Shown in pieces: positions 40,661 through 50,857 of a stretch of 64,000 bases of DNA. This DNA is from an uncultured Bacteroidota bacterium. GTDB lineage: Bacteria > Bacteroidota > Bacteroidia > Bacteroidales > UBA12481. The position numbers and the translations under genes were made by a program. Location: contig OW818688.1 in the NCBI GenBank assembly GCA_942493265.1, positions 5,266,625-5,330,624 of the forward strand. The letters are read 5' to 3'. The stretch's first letter is position 1. Every line of letters starts with the position of its first letter. The notes beneath the pieces were generated by a model that was not told where the DNA came from, did not search any database, and saw only the letters and a program-made list of their open reading frames with translations.

Positions 40661-41830
40661 CTAATAAAAGAAGTCACCATAACCGCTGCGGATAGTAAGA
40701 CGCGGTTTTTCAGAAGACTCACAGAAACCGATAATGCGGGCGTCGATTCCGAAACCAGCAGCGATTTCAATGATTTTCGGGGCAAATTCGCCGGGGAGAT
40801 AAATCTCGAACCGGTGTCCCATATTGAATACTTTGTACATTTCCTTCCAAGGCGTGCCGGATTGTTCCTGAATCAACCGGAACAACGGGGGTACATCAAA
40901 CAGGTTGTCTTTTACAACATGAAGATTATCAATGAAATGTAAAATCTTGGTTTGTCCTCCCCCTGAACAGTGAACCATTCCGTGAATAACCGGCCTGCAC
41001 TCATCAAGTATGGCCTTCACCACTGGGGCATAGGTACGGGTTGGAGAAAGAACCAGCTTGCCGGCATCCAGTCCGGTATCCTCAATAAAATCGGTCAATC
41101 CGGTTCTGCCTGAATATATCAGACTGTCGGGTATCTGCGGATCAAAGGATTCCGGATATTTAGCGGCCAGGTAATGGGCAAAAACATCATGGCGTGCTGA
41201 AGTCAGGCCGTTGCTGCCCATTCCGCCGTTATATCCGGTTTCATACGATGCTTTTCCGGATGATGATAGTCCGACGATCACATCTCCCGGAGCAATCCGG
41301 TCATTGGAAATCACCCCGGATCTTTTCAAACGGGCGGTTACAGTGCTGTCAACAATAATGGTACGCACGAGGTCGCCGACGTCAGCGGTTTCACCTCCGC
41401 AGAAAACAGTTTCCACACCGTTCGCGGTAAGAAAATCCGCAATTTCCTGGGTACCTTCAATCACGGCGGTGATCACATCACCCGGGATGAGGTTTTTGTT
41501 TCTTCCTATGGTTGAGCTGAGAAGGATCGGACCGGTTGCACCGGCACACAGCAGATCATCAATATTCATGATCACTGCATCCTGGGCGATACCTTTCCAT
41601 ACCGACAGGTCGCCGGTTTCCTTCCAGTAAACATAGGCAAGGGATGATTTCGTTCCGGCCCCGTCGGCATGCATAATGCAGCACCAGTCGGGATCGCCGG
41701 TCAGAACATCGGGAATGATTTTACAAAAAGCCCTGGGGTACAACCCCTTATCAAGCTTTCGGATAGCCTGGTGCACATCTTCTTTGGCCGAAGAAACACC
41801 ACGTTGTGAATATCTGTTACCCTGCTCCAT
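40661..41830 (-). CDS. purM: Phosphoribosylformylglycinamidine cyclo-ligase (AIR synthase, Bacteroidota type)
   Basis: HADGAGTKS, GGETADVGD, GSNGLTSARH and VFNMGHR; start MEQGNRY. Confidence 0.88.
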   Translation of the reverse strand: MEQGNRYSQRGVSSAKEDVHQAIRKLDKGLYPRAFCKIIPDVLTGDPDWCCIMHADGAGTKSSLAYVYWKETGDLSVWKGIAQDAVIMNIDDLLCAGATGPILLSSTIGRNKNLIPGDVITAVIEGTQEIADFLTANGVETVFCGGETADVGDLVRTIIVDSTVTARLKRSGVISNDRIAPGDVIVGLSSSGKASYETGYNGGMGSNGLTSARHDVFAHYLAAKYPESFDPQIPDSLIYSGRTGLTDFIEDTGLDAGKLVLSPTRTYAPVVKAILDECRPVIHGMVHCSGGGQTKILHFIDNLHVVKDNLFDVPPLFRLIQEQSGTPWKEMYKVFNMGHRFEIYLPGEFAPKIIEIAAGFGIDARIIGFCESSEKPRLTIRSGYGDFFY

Positions 41831-41839
41831 AACGAGGTG

Positions 41840-41847
41840 CAAAGGTA
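41840..41847 (-). promoter_or_regulatory. -7 promoter box (TACCTTTG) for purM-prfA-pyrF
   Basis: TAnnTTTG 10 bp upstream of ATG 41830. Confidence 0.6.
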
Positions 41848-41853
41848 ATTAAA

Positions 41854-44052
41854 TTATGGCAGTTTGTCGTTGGTTCCGGTCTTCCCGCCGGCAGCCGGTT
41901 TTTCAGCCGGATTGGTACCCGGACCCTTTTCCATTCTGATCTTCTTTTTCTGACCTTGCTGGAGCTCTTCCATTCCACGGATCAGGATTTGCTGCTGAGC
42001 ATCGATTTCATTACCTGGTTTTCCACCCGGAACATAATCATTGCGGAGCACGCGGAATTCTGTACGCCGGTTCAGCTGATGGGCAATCTCTTTATTCTGA
42101 TCATTCGGAAGCTGATCGATCAGGACCTTTGACAAGGTGTCGCCAACTTTCAGAAAATCATATTGAGCGGCAATTTTCTCATCCACCACACGCGGGGCAT
42201 CCGGACCGTAACCGCGGGCTTTCAGCCTGTCGGAAAGTATTCCCTTGCTGATCAGATAATCAACAACGGATTGTGCACGGTTTTGCGATAATTCAAGATT
42301 GGTCATTGCCCTAAAAGGCCTGACATCAGTGTGCGACATCAGCTCGATGGTGATATTGGGATTATCCTCAAGTGTTTCAACCAGTGCATCCAGGGCAACC
42401 ATGGATTCCGGCCGCAAATCCCATTTTGCCAGGTCATACAGAATATTCGGCAATTCGATCGGCTTCTCATAAGGGGCCAACACCAGTGTGGCATTGAAAT
42501 CCCTGCTGGCCTCCAGTCCCATGGTTGTTTCACGCAGCTTGCCATTCAGGAATCCGCGTTTGAAAGCAACCAGAAGATAATCGGTTTCAGGCTTCAGCTT
42601 GAAGCTAAAATTCCCGGTGGAGTCGGTTTTATATTCCAGGCTTGATCCATCGCTTCCGATCAGGCGAACATCCGCACCGCCGATAGCTAAAGAAGTTTGT
42701 TCGTTGATTACCCGTCCGGCCATATTAAATCGTTTTTCCGGAAGAACAAATGAGTAGATATCATCGCCACCCTTGCCTTTTTCAAAGCGGCTGGAGGTAA
42801 AATATCCCTTTTCCTCATCTTTCTGGAAAACGATACCGAAATCATCACCATTGCTGTTGACCGGGGATTTCATGTTTTCAATAATCCATTTACCGTCAGC
42901 CTGCAGGCTGGCTTTAAAAATATCAAGGCCACCAAGACCGGGGTGCCCGTTTGAAGAAAAATAAAACAGGGAATCGGATTTTACGAAAGGGAACATCTCA
43001 TCCCTGGTGGAATTGATCTGCTCACCCAGGTTTACCGGAGCGCCAAAGGCTCCATCCGCTTTCTCCCTTTTGGCCATCCAGATATCTTTGCCTCCGAGGC
43101 TGCCGAGCATATCACTCACGAAAAACATGGTAAGCTGATCACTGGTCAGGCTGGGATGGGCGATAATTACAGAATCTTTTGCGATCGGAACGGCGGTAGG
43201 ATCTGTCCACTTGGTACCGGACCGCTTGGAAACCATAACCTGACATCCCAGCGCCATCTGTTTATCGAACCGGCAACGGGTAAAATACATTGTATTGCCA
43301 TCCTCCGAAACCCAGGTGGCTCCATCATCATACATGCTGTTGATCACCTTATCCACCGGAGCAGGAACTGCCCACTTCTGCTTATTATCCAAACGGGTAT
43401 AAAAAACGTCGGAGAAACTCTGTCCGGTTCCGCCATGAATTTTATTTCCGGCAGCTCCATCGCGTGACGAAGAGATGTACAGCTCCTTATAATCGTTTGA
43501 GGCAAAGTAAGGACTGTAATCGTTGAACTTGGTATTAAAATCCTTGACATTAGCTACCTGGTAGCGGGTTGGATTTTTGGTCCATACCAGAATGGAATCG
43601 CAGGATTGGTAAGCCATAACAGCTGCCAGATCACCCGGTTCTGCCTTCAGGTATTCCTCGTATTCAGATTTGGCCAGTGCAAACTTTCCGTTGATCTTGA
43701 GCATCTCGGCATAATACAGATGCGTTTTGGGATCCGGGGATTTCTGCTTGACCACTCTGGAGTAATAGGATTCAGCTTTACGGGTATCATTAACCAGGCG
43801 GTAGCAATTACCGATTTTAACGGTGATTGCCATCCGCTTTTGACGGTCCTTCTCGCGGGAATATGCTTTCTTATACTTTTCAGCAGCCTTGAAATATTCA
43901 CCAACGGCGAAGGTTTTATCCGCCTGAATTAAAAGATCCTTTTTCTGAGCCATCACCGGACCGGCCATCAAAATGGCCACGGTCAAACCCGTGATAAAAC
44001 GAAGTAATTTCATACGAGCAGATTTTCTACTATAACGATCAAAAATAGGCAA
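41854..44052 (-). CDS. OmpA-family peptidoglycan-binding protein with TPR and PD40 repeats
   Basis: N-terminal TPR; PD40 repeats (INSTRDEMFP, GGLDIF); OmpA C-domain (IELMSHTD...LSQNRAQSVVDYL...NRRTEF). True start probably a few codons inside. Confidence 0.88.
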   Translation of the reverse strand: MPIFDRYSRKSARMKLLRFITGLTVAILMAGPVMAQKKDLLIQADKTFAVGEYFKAAEKYKKAYSREKDRQKRMAITVKIGNCYRLVNDTRKAESYYSRVVKQKSPDPKTHLYYAEMLKINGKFALAKSEYEEYLKAEPGDLAAVMAYQSCDSILVWTKNPTRYQVANVKDFNTKFNDYSPYFASNDYKELYISSSRDGAAGNKIHGGTGQSFSDVFYTRLDNKQKWAVPAPVDKVINSMYDDGATWVSEDGNTMYFTRCRFDKQMALGCQVMVSKRSGTKWTDPTAVPIAKDSVIIAHPSLTSDQLTMFFVSDMLGSLGGKDIWMAKREKADGAFGAPVNLGEQINSTRDEMFPFVKSDSLFYFSSNGHPGLGGLDIFKASLQADGKWIIENMKSPVNSNGDDFGIVFQKDEEKGYFTSSRFEKGKGGDDIYSFVLPEKRFNMAGRVINEQTSLAIGGADVRLIGSDGSSLEYKTDSTGNFSFKLKPETDYLLVAFKRGFLNGKLRETTMGLEASRDFNATLVLAPYEKPIELPNILYDLAKWDLRPESMVALDALVETLEDNPNITIELMSHTDVRPFRAMTNLELSQNRAQSVVDYLISKGILSDRLKARGYGPDAPRVVDEKIAAQYDFLKVGDTLSKVLIDQLPNDQNKEIAHQLNRRTEFRVLRNDYVPGGKPGNEIDAQQQILIRGMEELQQGQKKKIRMEKGPGTNPAEKPAAGGKTGTNDKLP

Positions 44053-44074
44053 TATTTGCCTAGTTCCAACCTAT

Positions 44075-46264
44075 TTAGCGGGCAAAGAGCAACTCGCGGT
44101 ATTTTGGCAGGGGCCAGAGGTCGTCATCCACGATCAATTCAAGTTTATCAATATGGTAACGAATCTCTTCAAGAAAGTGCTTGACATTGTTGTTATAAGC
44201 ATCGGCAAGCTGGCGGACATCCTCAATTTTATTGGCCTCTTTCCTGGCAGCAACCATTTCCTCAACCATTTCAAGTATCAGCGCTTTGTGTTTAGAAATG
44301 CGCCGGATTGCGTTGAGCTGGTAACTGGCTGCATCGGCGAATTCGCTGGCAGGCAAAATTTCCTTCAGGCCTTTTACGTTCTCAATCAAACGGTTCTGAT
44401 ATTTTATAACCGTTGGAATAATATGGTTTACAGCCAGATCACCTAAAACCCTTGATTCGATCTGTATCTTTTTGGTGAATAATTCCAGGCGGATGTCATA
44501 ACGAGCATTCAGTTCCCTCTCCGACAGCACGTTCCATCGGCCAAGCATTTCAATACTTTTCGGGTCGATATAGGATTTAAGGGCTTCCGGTGCATCTTTC
44601 ACATTGCTCAGACCGCGACGTTCAGCCTCTTCTTTCCATTCTTCGCCATATCCGTTGCCTTCGAAGAATATCTTTTTGGAGTGAATGATATATTTCCGGA
44701 GAACGCGGAAGATCGCTTCATCTTTTTTGGCGCCGCTTTCAATAAGGGCATCCACATCAACTTTGAATTCCCTGAGTTGGTTTGCAACAGCAGAGTTCAA
44801 AATGGTCATTGGTGCCGCGCAGTTCATGGATGAACCAACTGCCCTGAATTCAAACCGGTTACCGGTAAAAGCAAATGGGCTCGTACGGTTCCGGTCGGTA
44901 TTGTCGAGCAGGATCTGCGGAATCTTGCCAATATCAAGTTTTAGTTCTGTTTTCTGATCCGGGGTCATATCAGCCGCAGGCACCTTATCTTCAATTTCCT
45001 GAAGGATACGGGTCAGATGCTGTCCGATGAATACCGAAATAATTGCAGGAGGAGCCTCATGTGCACCAAGACGGTGTTCATTACCGGCCGACATAACACT
45101 TGCTCTGAGCAAATCAGCATAATCATGAACTGCCTTAACCGTGTTGACAATGAAAGTCAGGAACTGGAGATTCGACTTCGGGTTCGCTCCCGGGGCCAGT
45201 AAGTTAACTCCGGTATTAGTGAGCATCGACCAGTTATTATGTTTACCTGATCCGTTGATGCCTTTATAGGGTTTTTCATGAAGAAGAACGCGGAAATTGT
45301 GTTTCCGGGCCACCTTTTTCATGATATCCATCAGCAGCTGGTTGTGATCGACTGCCAGGTTGGCCTCCTCAAAAACCGGAGCGCACTCAAACTGGTTCGG
45401 AGCCACCTCATTGTGGCGGGTCCTGACCGGAATTCCCAATTTAAAGCAATCGAACTCGAAGTCCCGCATAAAAGCGGTAACCCTTTCCGGTATAGATCCG
45501 AAATAGTGGTCGGCCAGCTGCTGGTCACGTGCCGAGGCATGTCCCATCAGCGTACGATCAGTCAGGAGAAGATCCGGACGGGCATAAAAGAGAGCCTCAT
45601 CAACCAGGAAATACTCCTGCTCCCATCCGAGTGTTGAAATTACCTTATTCACATCTTTATCAAAGAACTGACAAACATCAACAGCTGCCTTGTCGAGGGC
45701 AAACAGCGACTTAAGCAAAGGCGTTTTAAAATCGAGCGCTTCACCGGTATACGATACAAATACAGTAGGTATGCAAAGGGTTTTGTCCACGATAAATGCC
45801 GGGGAAGAAGGATCCCATGCCGAATATCCGCGTGCCTCAAAAGTGTTGCGGATTCCGCCGCTCGGAAGTGAAGAGGCATCAGGCTCCTGCTGAATAAGCT
45901 CTTTCCCGCCGAAATGCTCAAACATCTTGCCGTCTTTGGTCGGCTCAAAAAAAGCATCATGCTTTTCAGCTGTCGATCCGTTCAATGGCTGAAACCAATG
46001 GGTATAGTGGGTGACGCCGAAGCTCATTGCCCATGCTTTCATTGCTGCTGCAACCGAATCAGCCGAGCGCCTGTCGATATATCCCCAGGTGTCGACCGCT
46101 TTTTTAACATTTTCATACGCCTCGGTGGGCAGGAACTTCTTCATGGTGTCGAGTCCAAAAGTGTGTACCCCGTAATAATCGGATACCTTCTCACCCGGAG
46201 CTTCAACCACTAACGGCTTTCTTGAAAACAGCTCTTTTACAGCTTCTACGCGAATGTTTGACAT
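44075..46264 (-). CDS. glnA: Glutamine synthetase type III
   Basis: THYTHWFQP, QQEPDASS, GWEQEYFL, HNEVAPNQFE, NGSGKHNNWS, DRNRTSPFAFTGNRFEFR and WPLPKYRELLF. Confidence 0.95.
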   Translation of the reverse strand: MSNIRVEAVKELFSRKPLVVEAPGEKVSDYYGVHTFGLDTMKKFLPTEAYENVKKAVDTWGYIDRRSADSVAAAMKAWAMSFGVTHYTHWFQPLNGSTAEKHDAFFEPTKDGKMFEHFGGKELIQQEPDASSLPSGGIRNTFEARGYSAWDPSSPAFIVDKTLCIPTVFVSYTGEALDFKTPLLKSLFALDKAAVDVCQFFDKDVNKVISTLGWEQEYFLVDEALFYARPDLLLTDRTLMGHASARDQQLADHYFGSIPERVTAFMRDFEFDCFKLGIPVRTRHNEVAPNQFECAPVFEEANLAVDHNQLLMDIMKKVARKHNFRVLLHEKPYKGINGSGKHNNWSMLTNTGVNLLAPGANPKSNLQFLTFIVNTVKAVHDYADLLRASVMSAGNEHRLGAHEAPPAIISVFIGQHLTRILQEIEDKVPAADMTPDQKTELKLDIGKIPQILLDNTDRNRTSPFAFTGNRFEFRAVGSSMNCAAPMTILNSAVANQLREFKVDVDALIESGAKKDEAIFRVLRKYIIHSKKIFFEGNGYGEEWKEEAERRGLSNVKDAPEALKSYIDPKSIEMLGRWNVLSERELNARYDIRLELFTKKIQIESRVLGDLAVNHIIPTVIKYQNRLIENVKGLKEILPASEFADAASYQLNAIRRISKHKALILEMVEEMVAARKEANKIEDVRQLADAYNNNVKHFLEEIRYHIDKLELIVDDDLWPLPKYRELLFAR

Positions 46265-46280
46265 GGCAGGAAAATTTATT

Positions 46281-46315
46281 GTTATCAGTTGTCGGTTGTC
46301 GGTTGTCGGTTGTGG
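46281..46315. repeat. 7-mer tandem array GTTGTCG in the glnA 5' leader
   Basis: GTTATCA GTTGTCG GTTGTCG GTTGTCG GTTGTGG. Confidence 0.9.
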
Positions 46316-46342
46316 CCGATCAGCAAAACAACTTTTCTGGCA

Positions 46343-46350
46343 CAAAATTA
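46343..46350 (-). promoter_or_regulatory. -7 promoter box (TAATTTTG) for glnA
   Basis: TAnnTTTG about 80 bp upstream of the start. Confidence 0.6.
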
Positions 46351-46366
46351 CATTTTTTCCTGACAC

Positions 46367-46385
46367 CCCCCTATTTTTTAGGGGG
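46367..46385. promoter_or_regulatory. Dyad upstream of glnA, putative regulator site
   Basis: CCCCCTA-TTTTT-TAGGGGG at the -33 position. Confidence 0.5.
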
Positions 46386-46524
46386 TAATCCGAAATATTT
46401 ATCAACTTTTTGAAATATTCCTAACTTTTTTAACCTATTTCCTGATTAATCCAGATAATATTTCACATCTTGAAGGAGAGATAGAAGTTATAGTCCCTGG
46501 GTATGCAAGAAAAAACAAAATCTC

Positions 46525-46584
46525 ACGCGAATACGCAAAGACGCAATCGTATCGAGCTAATTTGCGTCTTTGCGTCTCTGCGCG
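46525..46584. repeat. Inverted 8-mer arrays (ACGCAAAG / CTTTGCGT)
   Basis: 14-bp perfect arms ACGCAAAGACGCAA (46533-46546) and TTGCGTCTTTGCGT (46562-46575), 15-nt spacer, degenerate third units outside. Confidence 0.85.
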
Positions 46585-46668
46585 AAAAAAAAATTAATCA
46601 ATGAGATTCGAAGACCGCTTGTCAATACAAAAACGGCGAGGAGCATCTGCTCAGCCTGGCACGACCTC

Positions 46669-46700
46669 ACCGACAACCGACAACCGACAACCGACAACCG
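46669..46700. repeat. 7-mer tandem array CGACAAC x4, inverse of 46281-46315
   Basis: AC-CGACAAC x4-CG, just downstream of the peptidase stop. Confidence 0.9.
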
Positions 46701-46707
46701 TCGTCCT

Positions 46708-48069
46708 CTACGCAGTATAGTGATGATAAAACCTCGTTATGGTTTCAATCCCCTTCAGGAAGTTCCAGACGGGATAATTCTCATTTGGCGAGTGGATATT
46801 GTCGGTTTCGAGACCAAAGCCCATCAGGATGGATTTTACTCCCAGCACCTTTTCGAATGTGGAAATAATGGGAATACTTCCACCGCTGCGGAATGGAACC
46901 GGCCGTTTTCCGAATGTATCAGTATAGGCCATCTCTGCGGCATGGTAAGCAGGCAGGGTGATCGGACAAACATAGGCAGGTCCGCCGTGCAGGATGGTGA
47001 CATCAACGGTAACCTGCGGTGGCGCAATTGACTCGAAATATTCCTTGATCAATTCAGATATCTGATGGTGATCCTGGTTGGGCACAATTCGCGAGCTTAC
47101 CTTGGCATAGGCTTTTGATGGCAAAACCGTTTTCGTACCCTCTCCGGTGTAACCTGCCCAGATTCCGCAAACATCAAATGTTGGACGCGTACCGGTGCGT
47201 TCAGGCACCTGGTATCCTTTTTCGCCCCATACATCTTTAATGCCCAGCTTCGACTTATATTGATCCACATCAAAAGGAGCCTGCGACAGAAGGTCTTTCT
47301 CTTCCTGCGAAAGTTCAATCACCTGGTCATAAAAACCCGGGATTGTAATCCGGTTATTCTCATCATGAACCGAGGCAAGCATTTTCGAAAGAATGATCAC
47401 CGGGTTGCCAACGGCGCCACCAAACAATCCGGAGTGAAGATCGTGGTCGGGACCGGTCACCTCAATCTGAAGATAAGTCAATCCTCTCAAACCGGTGGTT
47501 ACCGAAGGAATCTCATTGCCTATCATCGACGTATCGGATACGAGAATGATATCCGAGCGAAGCATATCCTTGTACTTTTCACAAAAAGCGCCAAGAGTCG
47601 GAGACCCGACTTCCTCTTCACCCTCGATCATAAATTTGACATTACACTTCAGCTGGCCGGTTTGCACCAGATATTCAAAGGCCTTTATATGCATGAATGA
47701 TTGACCTTTATCATCGTCAGCACCCCTGGCAAAAATCTTACCGTCGACCACAACCGGATCAAACGGATCCGTTTTCCAAAGATCTATCGGATCCACAGGC
47801 ATCACATCCATATGAGCATAAACAAGTACGGTGGGCCAGTCCGGATTAATGATCTTCTCAGCATAAGTTACCGGATTGCCTTCCGTTTCATAAATGGTGG
47901 CACTGTCGGCACCTGCCTCAAGCAGTGACCGTTTCAGATATTCGGCGGCACGATACATGTCGGGCTTGTGTGATGCAATGGAACTGATAGAAGGAATGCG
48001 GATCAGTCCAAAAAGTTCATCCAGGAAACGATCCTGATGCAGGGCTATATATTCTTTAGCTGTTTGCAT
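46708..48069 (-). CDS. M20-family dipeptidase
   Basis: YAHMDVMP, ARGADDDKGQ, EGEEEVGS, DLHSG and NIHSPNE; start MQTAKEY. Confidence 0.9.
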   Translation of the reverse strand: MQTAKEYIALHQDRFLDELFGLIRIPSISSIASHKPDMYRAAEYLKRSLLEAGADSATIYETEGNPVTYAEKIINPDWPTVLVYAHMDVMPVDPIDLWKTDPFDPVVVDGKIFARGADDDKGQSFMHIKAFEYLVQTGQLKCNVKFMIEGEEEVGSPTLGAFCEKYKDMLRSDIILVSDTSMIGNEIPSVTTGLRGLTYLQIEVTGPDHDLHSGLFGGAVGNPVIILSKMLASVHDENNRITIPGFYDQVIELSQEEKDLLSQAPFDVDQYKSKLGIKDVWGEKGYQVPERTGTRPTFDVCGIWAGYTGEGTKTVLPSKAYAKVSSRIVPNQDHHQISELIKEYFESIAPPQVTVDVTILHGGPAYVCPITLPAYHAAEMAYTDTFGKRPVPFRSGGSIPIISTFEKVLGVKSILMGFGLETDNIHSPNENYPVWNFLKGIETITRFYHHYTA

Positions 48070-48103
48070 GTAATTGTTTGATTTTGTTGACACATCGTGC
48101 CGG

Positions 48104-48760
48104 TTAATTGTAGTTTCGAACGAAGGCCGTGGAGAAGAACAGGTGGATCTGAGCGCCGGCAACCGAGTACTGCTTATTCATACAGCCAACAAGCGACAAT
48201 CCAACTCCAATATCATATGATAATTTATAGGTGGCGAGAACTTCGGCATGGACTCCCAAAGAAGAGAAATAATGCACCCTTAGTTGTGGCTGCGACATGC
48301 TATCAGCGACATAAGTCCACAAATAACTCCCTGACGCCCAGCTTGGACCACCAAAAACGGAAATATTATAACGCGTGGACTCCCACCGTTTCCCAACCCC
48401 TAGAGAAAGTTCCTTCAATTTCTGATCTGAATTCCACCAGGTTTTTGTATCGGAAGAAGATAAATAACCTATCTGAAGGCCAATTTTGTTTATAAAATGA
48501 TGGTATGAAAAGGCCATATTTTGTTCGACTTGCTTCGATTCAAAACCAAAGCCTGCACCGTAGCCAAAGGTTATGAATGGAGCATTCTGCCGGTAAATAC
48601 GGTCCTTGATTACAATCCTCCCCTTGCTTAAAACGATTGTGGAATCAACAGCTTCGGTGGCACTTTTCTTCTTCTCCTTTACTTTCTCCTTCTCCTGGCC
48701 AAATACTGCAAAACTCATCAGGAAAGACAGAGGCAGCAGTAACCAAACTTTTTTATTCAT
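48104..48760 (-). CDS. Hypothetical exported protein, possibly outer-membrane beta-barrel-like
   Basis: Signal peptide and alternating beta-strand pattern; start MNKKVW. Confidence 0.6.
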   Translation of the reverse strand: MNKKVWLLLPLSFLMSFAVFGQEKEKVKEKKKSATEAVDSTIVLSKGRIVIKDRIYRQNAPFITFGYGAGFGFESKQVEQNMAFSYHHFINKIGLQIGYLSSSDTKTWWNSDQKLKELSLGVGKRWESTRYNISVFGGPSWASGSYLWTYVADSMSQPQLRVHYFSSLGVHAEVLATYKLSYDIGVGLSLVGCMNKQYSVAGAQIHLFFSTAFVRNYN

Positions 48761-49334
48761 ATTTTTTGAAATCGAGATTTTTAGCGGCATAATCCAGCTG
48801 TTCAAACCATTCTACCCCATACTTTCTAATAAGTGCTTCTTTAACAAATACATAAACGGGCACCCCAATGCGCTCACCCTCTTTTCGTGCCGGATCGCAA
48901 ATATTCCAGATGTCGTAATTAACTGCATCAAAATTGTCAAATGATTTAATCCTCACCGGATACAAATGGCAGGACACCGGTTTATTGAAAGGAATCATCC
49001 CGTCGCGGTATGCCCTTTCAACTGCGCAAAAAGCAATCCCATCCTCAAAAACGGTGAATGCGCACTCTTTATTATTGATCAGCGGGGTTACAATTTCCCC
49101 GTCCGTATCGCGCACATACGCCCCAAGTTCAATAATGGACAGAAGGCCTTCTGCGGTGATATAGGGACTGATTTCATCCAGGTATTCTTCAAGATCACCG
49201 GCCTCCTCAATAGTTAATGGTGCTCCGGCATCGCCAAGCACGCAGCAGGCCCCCTTGCAGGCAGGGAGGTTGCAGCAGAATTTTTTTTGCAGCAGGTCGA
49301 GGCTGACAAGTGTTTTACCTATTTCGATCATCAA
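48753..49334 (-). CDS. DUF3109-family Cys-cluster protein
   Basis: [22 protein letters not shown] and [11 protein letters not shown]. Confidence 0.78.
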   Translation of the reverse strand: MMIEIGKTLVSLDLLQKKFCCNLPACKGACCVLGDAGAPLTIEEAGDLEEYLDEISPYITAEGLLSIIELGAYVRDTDGEIVTPLINNKECAFTVFEDGIAFCAVERAYRDGMIPFNKPVSCHLYPVRIKSFDNFDAVNYDIWNICDPARKEGERIGVPVYVFVKEALIRKYGVEWFEQLDYAAKNLDFKKYE

Positions 49335-50848
49335 ACCAAAGGATTACCGGTCATCGCGGCGGGTTGTTTCATCCCCAGTATTTTCAAAATTGTGGGAGCA
49401 ACATCCGCCAGTATTCCATCATGAATTTCAGTATAATCATTGCTCACCAGGATGCATGGAACCGGGTTAAGTGAATGTGCGGTATTCGGTGATCCATCCG
49501 GATTAATGGCATTGTCGGCATTGCCGTGATCGGCAATAATGAGTGCCGTATAGCCATTTGCCCTGGCAGTTTCAACCACATCCTGCACACATTCATCAAC
49601 GGCCTCCACTGCCTGAATGATTGCATCCCACACACCGGTGTGTCCAACCATATCCCCATTGGCAAAATTCAATATCACCAGGTCAGGTTCGCCGGTCTTC
49701 AAGGCTTTAATAATAGCATCCCTCACCAGATAGGCACTCATTTCAGGCTGCAGGTCATAGGTTGCAACTTTTGGTGACGGAATCATGATGCGGCTTTCAC
49801 CCTCGAAAGGCTCCTCCCGTCCGCCGGAAAAGAAAAACGTAACGTGAGCATATTTTTCAGTCTCAGCAATGCGGATCTGTTTCTTGCCGGCATCTGCGAT
49901 AAGTTCCCCAAGGGTTTCCGTAAGGTTATCCTTGTCATATATAACGGTAACTCCGGTAAATGAGTCATCATACCGGGTCATGGTATAATATTTCAACGGC
50001 AGGGTATGCATCCCGAAATCGGGCATATCCCTCTGGGTAAGAACAACTGTCATCTCGCGAAGCCTGTCGGTGCGGAAATTAAAACAGATCACTACATCTC
50101 CTTCAGCAATGGTGGCAACGGGTTCTCCCGCTGCATTTGCCAGGTAGGTTGGTTTGATAAACTCATCGGTGATACCCTCATCATAACTTGCCTGTATGGC
50201 ATCCGTTATACTGGACACCGCTTTCCCTGTTCCATTGACATAAAGGTCATACCCCAGCTTCACCCGTTCCCAGCGCTTATCACGATCCATGGAATAGTAG
50301 CGGCCAATCAGGGTGGCGATCACCCCGTTCGATTTTGCCAGATGCGCCTCAAGCTCTTCAACAAAAGCCTTCCCGCTGAACGGATCGGTATCCCTGCCAT
50401 CGGTGATTGCATGGATAAAAACCTTATCCAGACCGAATTCCCTGGTCATATCGCACAAAGCATATAAATGCTGGTCGAGGGAGTGCACCCCACCGTCGGA
50501 CACCAATCCGATGAAATGGACTTTTTTCCCCGACTCCCTGGCATATCCGAAAGCTTCGCGCAAGGGCTGATTCTGCTTGATACTCCCCGTTGCCACAGCC
50601 CGGTTGATCTTAACCAGATCCTGGTACATCACGCGGCCGGCACCGATATTCAGGTGCCCGACTTCCGAGTTGCCCATCTGCCCGTCAGGCAAACCAACAT
50701 CCTCACCCGAGGTTTTCAGTTTTGAATGGGGATATTTTTTAAGCAGGGAGGATATATAGGGAGTATTGGCATGCCGTATAGCATCGGCTGCAGGCCTCGT
50801 ACCGATACCCCAGCCATCTAATATCATCAATATCAATTTCTTGTCCAT
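49331..50848 (-). CDS. gpmI: 2,3-bisphosphoglycerate-independent phosphoglycerate mutase
   Basis: [39 protein letters not shown] and ADHGNA. Confidence 0.97.
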   Translation of the reverse strand: MDKKLILMILDGWGIGTRPAADAIRHANTPYISSLLKKYPHSKLKTSGEDVGLPDGQMGNSEVGHLNIGAGRVMYQDLVKINRAVATGSIKQNQPLREAFGYARESGKKVHFIGLVSDGGVHSLDQHLYALCDMTREFGLDKVFIHAITDGRDTDPFSGKAFVEELEAHLAKSNGVIATLIGRYYSMDRDKRWERVKLGYDLYVNGTGKAVSSITDAIQASYDEGITDEFIKPTYLANAAGEPVATIAEGDVVICFNFRTDRLREMTVVLTQRDMPDFGMHTLPLKYYTMTRYDDSFTGVTVIYDKDNLTETLGELIADAGKKQIRIAETEKYAHVTFFFSGGREEPFEGESRIMIPSPKVATYDLQPEMSAYLVRDAIIKALKTGEPDLVILNFANGDMVGHTGVWDAIIQAVEAVDECVQDVVETARANGYTALIIADHGNADNAINPDGSPNTAHSLNPVPCILVSNDYTEIHDGILADVAPTILKILGMKQPAAMTGNPLV

Positions 50849-50857
50849 CTCGAATAA

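Noticed and set aside
46570-47031. ORFs containing TDNRQPTTDNR, PHLLTSSP or LNPLNFLNSLN repeats (also near 34.5, 46.3 and 58 kb)
   Set aside because: These are translations of the non-coding tandem arrays, not credible proteins.
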